Shown: positions 43,658 through 52,828 of the stretch, one piece after another
Layout: each line of letters starts with the position of its first letter
Position numbering within the stretch: the stretch's first letter is position 1
Source: an uncultured delta proteobacterium
GTDB taxonomy: Bacteria; Desulfobacterota; Binatia; UBA9968
Direction: 5' to 3'
Assembly: GCA_963804165.1 (NCBI GenBank)
Contig: CAWDPO010000020.1
Span: forward strand, 27,291-91,290
Length of the DNA stretch: 64,000 nucleotides
Translations under genes and position numbers: made by a program
The notes under the pieces: generated by a model
The model's input: the letters and a program-made list of their open reading frames with translations, nothing else
Database searches by the model: none
What the model was told of the DNA's origin: nothing

Positions 43658-44782
43658 TTAGAATCCGCCCCAGGGCTGAATGCCGGGATTGGACTCGGCC
43701 GAGATCGGCTTACCGGCATAGAGCGCCTTCGGGACATAGATTTGTTGGCCGGAGGATTCCTGCATGCGATCAAAAACGCTTTGATGGATTCTTTGTCCGG
43801 CGCGAATGGCACGCGGTTCGCGCTTGAGATTGAGCGACCCGGCGATGCCGCCGATCAGGCCGATACCGTCGTAGAATTCCTTGTAGGAGTCGCGCTGCAG
43901 GCCGCGCGGATCTTTGAGATCAAAGCCGGGGATGCCGCGCGAGTCGAGAGGTAAGCCGGCGTCGCGCGCAGACTGGAGCATCCAGAAAAGAGCGATATTC
44001 GAGAGATTGGCGTCGCAGTAGCCGCCGCCGACGTTGGTGTGGCAGCCGCTGAACCAGACTTCGTCGATCTGCGTATCGGCGCGCGCCGGAGGATCCCAAT
44101 ACGACGGTTCGAATCGTTCGCGCTCTTCATCGAGGGCGAAGGCGTGGGCGACGCGCTTAACGTTGCCGGGATGGATCCGATGAAAGTTGCCGAGTGTCCG
44201 GCCGAACGCGAGTGCGCCCACGGTGTCCCAGACGCCGATGAAATCAAGCATCGTGTCGACCGTTCCGTAGCGCGCTTTATCGACGAGATCACCGCCCATG
44301 TAGGCATCGTAGATCTCCAACAATTCCTCTTCCTTGAGCGCGCGCGGTTGCTTCGGTAGGCCCGCGACGTCAATCAATCCAGCGAGACTGCGGATCGCAA
44401 AGGCGCCCCGGCTGAAGCCAAAACCGTAAATGCGATCGCCTTGGCGATAGCGTTCCGCGAGGAAACGGTAGGCGTCGCGAATGCGCTCCGAGGTGCCGGT
44501 GCCCGTCGCACCTTCGAGAATGTGGGTTTTTACCGTGCCGCTCGTGCCGATACCGGCCAAATAAATCACTTCGCCTTCGACGCCCGTGAAAAGAATTTTC
44601 GGTTTTATCGGCGCGATCGAGCCGTAATAAAAATCCGCGGCCAGCGGGACGTTCGCCAGCGCCTGCCAAGTTCGTACGACGTTGGACGGTGTCGCTTCTT
44701 CGTTGTCGGTCACAGGATCTTTGTCTTTCTGACCCGGTTGATTCCAGGTTCCGTCTATGCAAATGATCCAAGTGTTGGCCAT
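43658..44782 (-). CDS. DUF2235 alpha/beta hydrolase (Tle1-like phospholipase fold)
   Basis: CIDGTWN, SNV, GFSRGA, GVWDTV, AFALDE.R, WFSGCH.NVGGG. Confidence 0.9.
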   Translation of the reverse strand: MANTWIICIDGTWNQPGQKDKDPVTDNEEATPSNVVRTWQALANVPLAADFYYGSIAPIKPKILFTGVEGEVIYLAGIGTSGTVKTHILEGATGTGTSERIRDAYRFLAERYRQGDRIYGFGFSRGAFAIRSLAGLIDVAGLPKQPRALKEEELLEIYDAYMGGDLVDKARYGTVDTMLDFIGVWDTVGALAFGRTLGNFHRIHPGNVKRVAHAFALDEERERFEPSYWDPPARADTQIDEVWFSGCHTNVGGGYCDANLSNIALFWMLQSARDAGLPLDSRGIPGFDLKDPRGLQRDSYKEFYDGIGLIGGIAGSLNLKREPRAIRAGQRIHQSVFDRMQESSGQQIYVPKALYAGKPISAESNPGIQPWGGF

Positions 44783-44955
44783 AAAAAGTTTCCCGAGGAT
44801 TCAATGGCGCGAGGAAACGCTGACGCACGCGCTCAACCGCCGGACGAATTTTAACACAACATCGAAGATAGTTGGGAAAAAGCGGGATTTTTTTTGATTG
44901 TCTGCCGGAAGCCGGTGAGTTCTCCCAATGAACGGGGGTGCGCCGAGTAGTTGGA

Positions 44956-45230
44956 CTGAATTACCCAGCCAGCAAGCTGACGGGTATCAGAGCATCGAGA
45001 TGGGAATTTATCCCAAGGGCACGCCCGAATGTCTTAATGACTCTCTGGGGATGGAATCCCTTCGTCCCTTCGAGAAACCTCCCGGCGAACGCCGGCATCC
45101 AGCTTCGATTTGAGTTCGAGGTCCGATCTCATGGATTCCCGATAGGTACATTCGGGAATGACGGACGTTAAGAAGTCTGGACAACGCCTTACGCCGCAAG
45201 CGGCGGGGAATCAAAGTCGCAGTGAATCGA
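44956..45230 (-). repeat. MITE/REPIN-like element, copy C (inverted, diverged)
   Basis: Reverse complement shares TTAACGTCCGTCATTCCCGAATG, GGGATAAA, TCTGATACCCG and the hairpin ends with copies A and B. Confidence 0.75.
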
Positions 45231-45238
45231 GACGAAGA

Positions 45239-46096
45239 TCAGGACACGCTTCGGGCGGCAAAAGTATCGCATTGCTTTAAATCGCCGCTTTCGATACCGC
45301 GGCGAAACCAGCTGACGCGCTGCTCGGCGCTGCCGTGGGTGAAGCCTTCGGGAACCACGTAGCCCTGGGCGCGTTTTTGGATCGTGTCATCGCCGATCTG
45401 GGCGGCGGCGTTTAAGCCTTCTTCGACATCGCCCGGTTCGAGAATCTTGCGCTCGCGGTTGGCGAAGCTGGCCCAGATACCGGCGAGGCAGTCGGCCTGC
45501 AATTCGAGCTGTACTGAGACTGCGTTGGCTTCGCGCTCGCGCAGCCGGCTCTGCCGTTCCTGAACTTTGCCCATGATGCCGAGAAGATTTTGCACGTGAT
45601 GTCCGACCTCATGGGCGATGACGTAAGCTTGGGCAAAATCGCCGGGCGCTTTAAAACGCTCGCGCAGTTCACGATAAAAAGCCAGGTCGATATAAACTTT
45701 CTGGTCGTTGCCACAGTAAAATGGCCCGGCTGCCGCCTGGGCGAAGCCGCAGGCCGATTGAACTTGGCCGGTGAAGAGCACGAGCTTCGGTTGCGTGTAA
45801 CTACGTCCGGCGCGTTGGAAAATTTCGCCCCAAGTTCGCTCGGTGCTGCCGAGGACGCGGGCGACGAAGTCGCGCCCGTCGTCTCGGACGCCGCTTTGTG
45901 GTGATTGCGTCGCCGGCTCGTCAGAGACGCTGGTTTGCGGGTTGCTCTGCAGGATCGCGCCCGGATCGACACCGAAAAAGAGCGCGATAAGTATCACCGC
46001 GATGGTGCCGATGCCGCCGCCGGCGACGCCTTTCGATACGCGGAATCCGCGCCGATCCTCTACGTTCCGGCTTTCTTGTTCGTCATCGAGACGCAT
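45239..46096 (-). CDS. Neutral zinc metallopeptidase (YpfJ family)
   Basis: SRNVEDRRG, GPFYC, GDFAQAYVIAHEVGHHVQ, ELQADC, FTHGS. Confidence 0.93.
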   Translation of the reverse strand: MRLDDEQESRNVEDRRGFRVSKGVAGGGIGTIAVILIALFFGVDPGAILQSNPQTSVSDEPATQSPQSGVRDDGRDFVARVLGSTERTWGEIFQRAGRSYTQPKLVLFTGQVQSACGFAQAAAGPFYCGNDQKVYIDLAFYRELRERFKAPGDFAQAYVIAHEVGHHVQNLLGIMGKVQERQSRLREREANAVSVQLELQADCLAGIWASFANRERKILEPGDVEEGLNAAAQIGDDTIQKRAQGYVVPEGFTHGSAEQRVSWFRRGIESGDLKQCDTFAARSVS

Positions 46097-46155
46097 CGGT
46101 CACCTCCCATAGGGCGATGTTTCAACTGCTCCATGCGCACATTATCGAGGGCCAC

Positions 46156-46197
46156 AAAAAAAACAACCCCGCCCGCGTTGCCGCGAACGGGGTGTTC
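46156..46197 (-). terminator. Rho-independent terminator after comEA
   Basis: ACCCCG...CGGGGT stem followed by a T-rich run on the minus strand. Confidence 0.55.
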
Positions 46198-46216
46198 CCG
46201 AGCCTTAACGACGCGA

Positions 46217-46646
46217 TTACTTTTTGTCGATTTTCTTTTCATCGGCCTTGGACTTTTCGGCCGCTTTTTCTTTGGCTTTATCTGCCTTCATGACGTCCCC
46301 TTTGGGTGCCTCCGCCGTCTTCGCTCGCAGCGCCTTTCGATTTTTCCGATTCGGCGGTTTTGCCCTTCGCATCCGGCTTGTCGGTGCTCGTCTTGCCCGT
46401 GACCGTGATATCCGAGCGAATCTGTTTCATGAGGCCGGGTCCGATGCCGGGCACCTTTTCGAGATCGTCGATGGATTTGAAGTCTCCGTTCTTCTTACGG
46501 TAATCGATAATCTCCTGGGCGCGTTTGTCGCCGACGCCCTTCAAGCTCGTCAGCTCTTCTTTCGTCGCCGTATTGATGTTGACCGCCGCGGCGGCAAATC
46601 CGGAGAGCGCGAAACACATCACCAAAGCCAATGTTAACTTCTTCAT
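46217..46646 (-). CDS. comEA: ComEA-family helix-hairpin-helix DNA-binding protein (Lys-rich tail frameshifted)
   Basis: Signal peptide; VNINTATKEEL..LKGVG..RA..II.YR..NG.F...L.KVPGIG; tail DVMKADK...KK* in a shifted frame. Confidence 0.85.
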
Positions 46647-46827
46647 GAAAGCCTCCTGGTCATTTGTTTGGCGCTTTTGCCGCCAATTTATTCGTTAGAC
46701 GAAAAGCGCGCCCGCGCATTCAACTCAAGCGCTGCTTCTCGGTGAGACGAGCGGATGGCAATGGGTAATAGCGAAGACGGCGCGGCGATGTCAAGCGCAA
46801 ATAAGCCCCGGCAAGATGACGTGCGAC

Positions 46828-47277
46828 TTAATCGGCGACGATTTTTGGCAGGCCCGGCTCCCATCCCGGGTTCCCCTGAACGAACACCCAAAACGGTTTT
46901 TTGCGCTCGCGCCAACTGGCGGCTGCCGCGTTCAAGACTTCGACCGCCGTGTTAAAGCTGTCTTCGTCATTGCGCGCGAAGAGGTCACAACGAATTAGGA
47001 TCAGTACCCAGCCGGCGCCGTCCAGCCAGGCAAGATCGCTCAAGCAATCGGCCAGCGCATCCCAGTTGCGGCCGAAGTAGTCGGGGAAATGGAGGATCGT
47101 GGCAAATCGATCGAGGAATTCATTTTTTCCACGCGCTTTGCGAACATCGACTTTGAAGGTATGGAGACCGGCCGCCTTCGCCGCGGCGATGATCTCGTCC
47201 GCCGGGACTTCCGTATGATAGACCCCGGCGCGTTCAACATCGGGTAGCAGCGATAATAGAGAATTCATAGACATCAT
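46828..47277 (-). CDS. Barstar-family ribonuclease inhibitor
   Basis: FPDYFGRNWDALADCLSDLAW; overlaps the RNase stop. Confidence 0.9.
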   Translation of the reverse strand: MMSMNSLLSLLPDVERAGVYHTEVPADEIIAAAKAAGLHTFKVDVRKARGKNEFLDRFATILHFPDYFGRNWDALADCLSDLAWLDGAGWVLILIRCDLFARNDEDSFNTAVEVLNAAAASWRERKKPFWVFVQGNPGWEPGLPKIVAD

Positions 47278-47636
47278 TCCCTGATTCGACGGAAGGTTCT
47301 GTAGTGATTGTCTGTATAATAGTATTCACCGCTGCGCCCGGCGATGAGTCGCCGCGCGCCGCGGTCGCGCGCGCCCGGAGTCGGCACCGTGTACTCACGA
47401 TAGTAGCCTCGCTCCCGACTCGGTAACCGCCGCTCGAAGTTGCCAAAGACGCCGCCGTCGCGCGGGTAGGGAAAGGGGCCGCCTTCTTTGATAAGGGCGA
47501 GGGTGGCGCGCGCTTCTTTCGGTAAGTCGGCAAGATGGACCTTTAGGATGGCCGGCCGCGTGGTTTCACGCGCCGATATTGGCGCCACTACCGCCGCGAA
47601 GCCCAGTGCTAGACACAGTAAAAAGTAAAACCGCAC
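47274..47636 (-). CDS. Secreted guanyl-specific ribonuclease (N1/Sa/barnase family)
   Basis: Signal peptide; GGPFPYPRDG.VF.N.E.RLP, YYREYTV.TPG..DRGARR, YYT.NHY. Confidence 0.92.
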   Translation of the reverse strand: MRFYFLLCLALGFAAVVAPISARETTRPAILKVHLADLPKEARATLALIKEGGPFPYPRDGGVFGNFERRLPSRERGYYREYTVPTPGARDRGARRLIAGRSGEYYYTDNHYRTFRRIRE

Positions 47637-47677
47637 CGCAAGCCGACGTCCGGTGCTCAAACCGCGTCCGACCGATT

Positions 47678-47929
47678 CTACCGACTGGTTTTGAATTTCA
47701 AATAAGCCCACAGGACCACGAATGCGCCGACGATGGATCCGATCCAACCGGCGCCTTGTCCCGCCTCGTACCAGCCGATCGCTTGCCCGAGGTAGGTGGC
47801 CGCAAGCGAGCCGACGATGCCGAGAAGGGTGGTCATGATGAAGCCCAGGTTCTCCTTGCCGGGCATGACGAGCTTGGCGATGACTCCGACAATGAACCCC
47901 ACGATGATCGTTCCGATAAGACCAAACAT
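47678..47929 (-). CDS. GlsB/YeaQ/YmgE-family membrane protein
   Basis: GFIVGVIAKLVMPG...TTLLGIVGS...IGSIVGA; GAGG RBS. Confidence 0.9.
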   Translation of the reverse strand: MFGLIGTIIVGFIVGVIAKLVMPGKENLGFIMTTLLGIVGSLAATYLGQAIGWYEAGQGAGWIGSIVGAFVVLWAYLKFKTSR

Positions 47930-48247
47930 ACCAACCTCCTCGGGCAGTCCGTTCCGTTCGCTGGCACGGCGCGCCGCCGCGTTTACGAGCCCGTTAATAT
48001 TTCCCGACGCGAATTTTGCGTCGGCCATGTGTTGCGGCATGAACGTGACCGCTTCTGCCGCATATCCCACGAACTTCGATCTGACGGTTCATTTGATCAG
48101 ACAGCACGGCGTAAGATACCCGGAGAGCGGCGGTGAAGTAAACCATGCTCCGGCCACCGCTGAGGTGGAATGCGCTGGAGCCGTAGCAAATCGGCGCGCA
48201 CCGCTGGCGCATCGGTCATTGGACGATTAATATTACCCTAGGGTGTT

Positions 48248-48745
48248 ATGGACACAGCGAAGCAAAAAGTGCAGGCGTGGGTTGAGAACCATCGCCAAGC
48301 AGTTCTCTATGACGACGAATCTTCGAGTCTGCTCGACGTGGCGTCGGGAAAGAGCGTGCCGATAGCTTGGCGCGACGTGAAGGCGATTGAAGAAAAAATT
48401 CATCCGGAAAGCAAAGACGTTTATCTGGTTCTGCTATTTGAAAACGACCACCAAATCGCGCTGGTCGACCCGGGTGGCGTCGCCTTTGCGCCTGCAACGG
48501 TGAATTCGGGCCCGGTGCAAAACCTCCCGCCGGTAGTTTGCCTGAGAGACTTTTTTACGCTCAAGCAGCGTGTCGATCATTATCTCTACGATCATCCCGA
48601 CGAGCCGCCGCCGCGCGAGTGTTTGGATTTAGTCATGATCTGTATCGCCACTCTCGATGGCGCGCGTGCTGTCGGGTTCAACGTCGGGGATCTGGAGGGT
48701 GAGTTGGACAAGGCGCTGAACGAAGTCGAGCGCCGAACGAGATAG
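48248..48745 (+). CDS. Hypothetical protein
   Basis: 165-aa ORF with normal codon character. Confidence 0.7.
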   Translation: MDTAKQKVQAWVENHRQAVLYDDESSSLLDVASGKSVPIAWRDVKAIEEKIHPESKDVYLVLLFENDHQIALVDPGGVAFAPATVNSGPVQNLPPVVCLRDFFTLKQRVDHYLYDHPDEPPPRECLDLVMICIATLDGARAVGFNVGDLEGELDKALNEVERRTR

Positions 48746-48780
48746 CGGTTTGGACAAGATTTACGGGAACTCGCCGCCGA

Positions 48781-48880
48781 TGTCATCCTGAGGCGAAGCC
48801 GAAGGATTGGCTTTATCTGCGAGCCTTGTCGGACCGAATGGCAAAGCGGATTCTTCGTCGCAAAGCTCCTCAGAATGACA
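48781..48880. repeat. REP doublet of the GTCATnCTGAG family
   Basis: TGTCATCCTGAGGCGAAGCCGAAGGAT...ATTCTTCG...CTCAGAATGACA. Confidence 0.8.
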
Positions 48881-48991
48881 GCCGGAGTTTGGTGCCATTC
48901 ACCGGGCGCATTGGAGCGATGGAGAGATGGAGTGTTGGCTTTCGAGCCATCGGATTGTCTCGTCTGATGTTTTTGATGTGGGAACATAACC

Positions 48992-50242
48992 GTGGGATTG
49001 ATTAGCTCGTTACGTTGTCCGAAGTGTGGGCATGAGCCGGGTTCGCGAACGGTTTTTCAATGCCCGCGGTGCCGGAGAATTCTCGAAGTTAACGTCGAGT
49101 TGAGCCAGCTCACCCGCGCGGATTTCGCAGCGATGCGCCAAAGCAGCGACCGCTCGATCTGGCGCTGGTTTGAATTTTTTCCGGTTGAGCATCGATCGTC
49201 AGTCGTGTCGTTGGGTGAGGGAGACACGCCCTTGATTCACGCCGCGCGACTCGGCGAAAAAATTGGAATTCACAATCTGTACCTAAAAAACGACACGGTT
49301 TTGCCGACTGGTTCGCTCAAGGACCGCAGCAACAGCGTCGGCCTTTCCGTTGCGCGCGAGTTGGGATTCAAAACCGCGGCGGTGATGTCGACGGGAAACG
49401 CAGCCGCTTCCGTCGCCGCTTATTCCGCGGCGGCGGGTATTAAGAGCGTGGTGATGGTGCCGAAAGGAACGGCACCGGCGAAAATCATTCAAGCCCGCGC
49501 CTACGGCGCCACGGTAGTCGTGGTCGACGGCGACTTCGATTACGAAGTCGCCAAGCTCTACAAGGCCGCAACACAAGAATTCGGCTGGTACGATTGCTTG
49601 TCATCCAATCCCTATCGCGACGAAGGAAAAAAATCCTACGCCTACGAGATGGCCGACCAGCTCGACGGGCAAATTGCGGACTGGGTAATCCATCCAACCG
49701 CTGGCGGCACCGGCATTTACGCGATGTGGAAAGGTTGCCGTGAATTCTTATCGCTCGGCTGGACCGATCGCGCGCCGAAACTTGTCGCGGCGCAGAGCGA
49801 AGCGGCGGCGCCGATCATCGCCGCGTTCGAGAAGGGATTGGCCGACGTGGAGCCTGTGGTCGCCCGCGCGACGGTCGCCGAGAGTATTCAAGTCGGCAAT
49901 CCGGTGTCGCTTGGCTGGCGCGCGCTCGCCGCGTTACGGGAATCGGGCGGCACGGCAGCCGCCGCGTCGGATACAGAGATCCTCGAAGCTCAAGCCTTTA
50001 CCGGCAGACTTGCCGGCATTTTCGCCGAACCTGCCGCGGCGACTTCAGTCGCCGTCGCGAAGAAGCTGCGCGTCGCGGAGAGAATTGGTCCCGACGATGT
50101 CGTCGTCTGCAATCTCACAGGTCATGGTTTGAAACAGCCGGAGGCGATTCGATTCTCCGAGAAAGAGTTCCCATCGATAGCGCCGACTTTGGGAGCGTTA
50201 CGCGACCGAATAAAGGCGGTCGGGGAACAATTCACACCTTAA
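48992..50242 (+). CDS. thrC: Threonine synthase-like PLP enzyme
   Basis: N-terminal CxxC pairs, SLGEGDTPL, PTGSLKDR, STGNAA, LTGHGLK. Confidence 0.88.
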   Translation: MGLISSLRCPKCGHEPGSRTVFQCPRCRRILEVNVELSQLTRADFAAMRQSSDRSIWRWFEFFPVEHRSSVVSLGEGDTPLIHAARLGEKIGIHNLYLKNDTVLPTGSLKDRSNSVGLSVARELGFKTAAVMSTGNAAASVAAYSAAAGIKSVVMVPKGTAPAKIIQARAYGATVVVVDGDFDYEVAKLYKAATQEFGWYDCLSSNPYRDEGKKSYAYEMADQLDGQIADWVIHPTAGGTGIYAMWKGCREFLSLGWTDRAPKLVAAQSEAAAPIIAAFEKGLADVEPVVARATVAESIQVGNPVSLGWRALAALRESGGTAAAASDTEILEAQAFTGRLAGIFAEPAAATSVAVAKKLRVAERIGPDDVVVCNLTGHGLKQPEAIRFSEKEFPSIAPTLGALRDRIKAVGEQFTP

Positions 50243-50329
50243 ATCCGTGCTCCCTGTACCATTTCTCCACGCCGGGGGTGGCGTCGGTGGTTTCGCCGAG
50301 CTGGCCGATGCCGGTGTAGGAATCTTCCG
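50236..50329 (-). repeat. Diverged duplicate of the 3' end of the 51109-52074 gene
   Basis: Matches 51114-51228 with an internal deletion between CGGGGTGG-like repeats. Confidence 0.85.
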
Positions 50330-50440
50330 CGTAGATAGCCAATCCTTGCGCGGCAAGATGGCGGGTCCCTCGATTCATCACTTTTGCTTCCAGCTCAAAC
50401 CGCAGTCCCACACGCGACAGGCCATGGTCGAGGATATCTA

Positions 50441-50477
50441 TTGACAAAGCGATATATAGACTTAATATAGCCTATAT
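50441..50477 (+). promoter_or_regulatory. TA promoter with palindromic operator; probably leaderless mRNA
   Basis: TTGACA-16 nt-TAATAT; ATATAG...CTATAT inverted repeat; ATG 7 nt after the -10. Confidence 0.65.
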
Positions 50478-50754
50478 GAAGACTCTGACAATTACGGATG
50501 CGAAGAAAAATCTAGGCCGCTGGCTGACCGCCGCCGGCCGCGGAGAGGACATCGGCATTATTTGCGGGGCGGACGTTATTGCGCTTCGCAAGGTCGATGT
50601 GGAGTCCACCGACTACGCGCAGCGCGAATATGGCGCGACCCGGGAGCAAGTAGCAGCGTTGGCAAGAGCCACGGATAGACGGTATCGAAAACTCAAGACT
50701 GGCAAGAAATCCGTCACGGCGTCACCGGAACAGCTCAGGAAGATGCTTGAGTAA
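50476..50754 (+). CDS. Antitoxin, Phd/YefM-like N-terminus
   Basis: MKTLTITDAKKNLGRWL.AA.RGEDI.I; overlaps the downstream toxin gene. Confidence 0.7.
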   Translation: MKTLTITDAKKNLGRWLTAAGRGEDIGIICGADVIALRKVDVESTDYAQREYGATREQVAALARATDRRYRKLKTGKKSVTASPEQLRKMLE

Positions 50755-51037
50755 ACTTCTCTGCATCGATCCGACCGTTCTGCGCCGCTTGCGGGCGCTG
50801 CCCAAGAACGAACGGGTCGAATGTTTGCTCGCCTTGTGCGATCTGGCTGAATCCTTCGGCCAACCCCATGTCCACAGCGGTCTTGGAATTCGTAAGCTTG
50901 GCACAAGACTCTTTGAGTGCCGGGGAAACCGATCCTTGCGGTTTATTTTCCAGAATCGGCCGGCAGATCTCTATGTGTCATTTCTCGGCGACCACGACGA
51001 AATCAAGGCGTTGCTTCGGAGAGGTAGCTACGACTGA
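50747..51037 (+). CDS. RelE/ParE-like toxin
   Basis: 96 aa; HSGLGIRKL...LFECR....LRFIF....G.HDEI. Confidence 0.65.
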   Translation: MSKLLCIDPTVLRRLRALPKNERVECLLALCDLAESFGQPHVHSGLGIRKLGTRLFECRGNRSLRFIFQNRPADLYVSFLGDHDEIKALLRRGSYD

Positions 51038-51108
51038 GTCTTGCTAATTCAAAGCAGTCCCACCTTTGCGTCAGTCGCGCCACGCGGGCCCGGTTCGTGA
51101 AGATTGCT

Positions 51109-52074
51109 TCACACGTTAAATCCATGCTCCCGGTACCACTTCTCTGCACCGGGGTGGAGCGGGACATCGCGCGGGGTGGCGTCGGTGTTTTCGCCGAGCT
51201 GGCCGATGCCGGTGTAGGAATCTTCCCAGCACATCTGGTCTTTGCGCGCGTTGATGGCGTCGCAGATTTTGTAGGCGTCGTCGTCGGGCAGCGCGGCGCG
51301 AGTGTAAATCGGCCAGCCGCTGTAGTCGATGCAGGTGTAGTCCTCGAGCGAGATCTTTAAAGCGGCCGGGTTTGATGGTGTATTTGCGCCAGCCTAGCTG
51401 ATCGACCAGATATTTGAACGCATGATCGTCTAGCGTGACGGGTTTCATGCCCGAGGCCAACGCCGCGTCAAACCACAACGGCAAACCTTCGTCGAAGATC
51501 GCGTCGATCGGTTGTTCGCGGATCGCTTTCATGCGCCGCTCGTCGCCGGGCCCGCCATTGAGCTGTAAAACGCCGCCCCAGCATTCGATATCCTTTACCG
51601 TCATGCCATACGCGGCCAGGGTTTGGTCGACCAGCACCCGCGTCGAATGGGTGGCGTCTTCGCGAATCGACAGGCGCAACGGATATTTGTTCGCTTTGAT
51701 CTCGGCCAGCGAGTTGAGCCCGGTGCGCGGATGAACACGTAGACGAAATGATCAAGCGACGGATAGACCGCGACGATCCGCACCGGCAACGGCTGGGGAA
51801 ACAGGCCGGTGCCTCGATAGGCTTGGGTGAGCAGGCCCGAAGGGTTGATCATCGCCGCTTCCAACTCATTCGCGGCAAACCCGTGCGCCAAGATCGGCGA
51901 GCCGGTGGACATGCGCAGCCAGGGCTTGAACGTTTCATTGGATCCGCTGCCGACGGCGATGCACATATCGCGCGGGCCGTAGTAAGGAGTATTTGGATTG
52001 CCGGCGATGTGCAGACCAATTTCCCACAGCATCAAGGCGCGTTGAAAATTTGCGCCGCGCGGCAGTGGTTCCAT
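51109..52074 (-). pseudogene. TAXI/TRAP-like substrate-binding protein (frameshifted)
   Basis: NPSGLLTQAYRGTG.F, IDAIFDEG, IDYSGWP, DVPLHPGAEKWY across at least three frames. Confidence 0.7.
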
Positions 52075-52828
52075 GATTGACCTCCGGTAGATTAATATCA
52101 GGCGCTCCATATTGATGCGGCCGTCCTTGTGTCAATACTATTGTAATATAGGCGGGCAATTCTTCATGTCAAGCGGCATATGCCGCTCTTACCTCGTGAA
52201 GAGACCGTGTCGCGACCATCCGAGGCGATAGCCGAAGGATCTCGACTTTAAGTAGCTGAAAACAGATCTTCGTGCGTTCAGATGACACTTCATGGTGAAT
52301 TTTTGTCACAACAAGTATCGTCGGCCGCCTTCGGGTCCTTCGCCTAGTTCGTGGTAAATTATCTGCCATGACTTTCGACGCAGGCGAAATTCGCCAATCT
52401 CAGCGAAAAGAGAACTATTCACGGCCATCATTCGCCCGAGGGTCAGGCGATCCGCACGTTGAGCCGGGCGCTGCACGGTTGGTCGACGGGGAAGCTCTCG
52501 GGCGCCGACGTCGTTGTGTTGTGTGATCAGGCGATGCAGGATTGGCTGAAGCCGGTTGAAACGCTCGCCTTGGTCGTTCCAAAAGTGTCGGCATCGTAGG
52601 GCAACCCGAAGACGAATTGGCTGGCGGCCGCGGAGCCGAACGATGTAGCTGTCCAGCGTGGCGACGCGCTGCGTACGAACAGCGTAAATTGCACGCCGGA
52701 GCGCGAAGCGAATTAAGGCGTCATCGCAGCGGCGGAAAAACATTGGTAGAGCGAAAGAGTTGGACGGGCGCGATTGCGTCGTGCGCACGGCTCATGACTA
52801 ATCTTCCCGCGCGGCAAATCAACGACGC

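Noticed and set aside
43658-44782. DUF2235 gene as a T6SS Tle1 effector
   Set aside because: No vgrG/PAAR/hcp or immunity lipoprotein gene is adjacent.
52140-52828. Overlapping ORFs between the TAXI-like and MFS genes
   Set aside because: No coherent protein; contains a degenerate REP (about 52208-52243) and probable debris.
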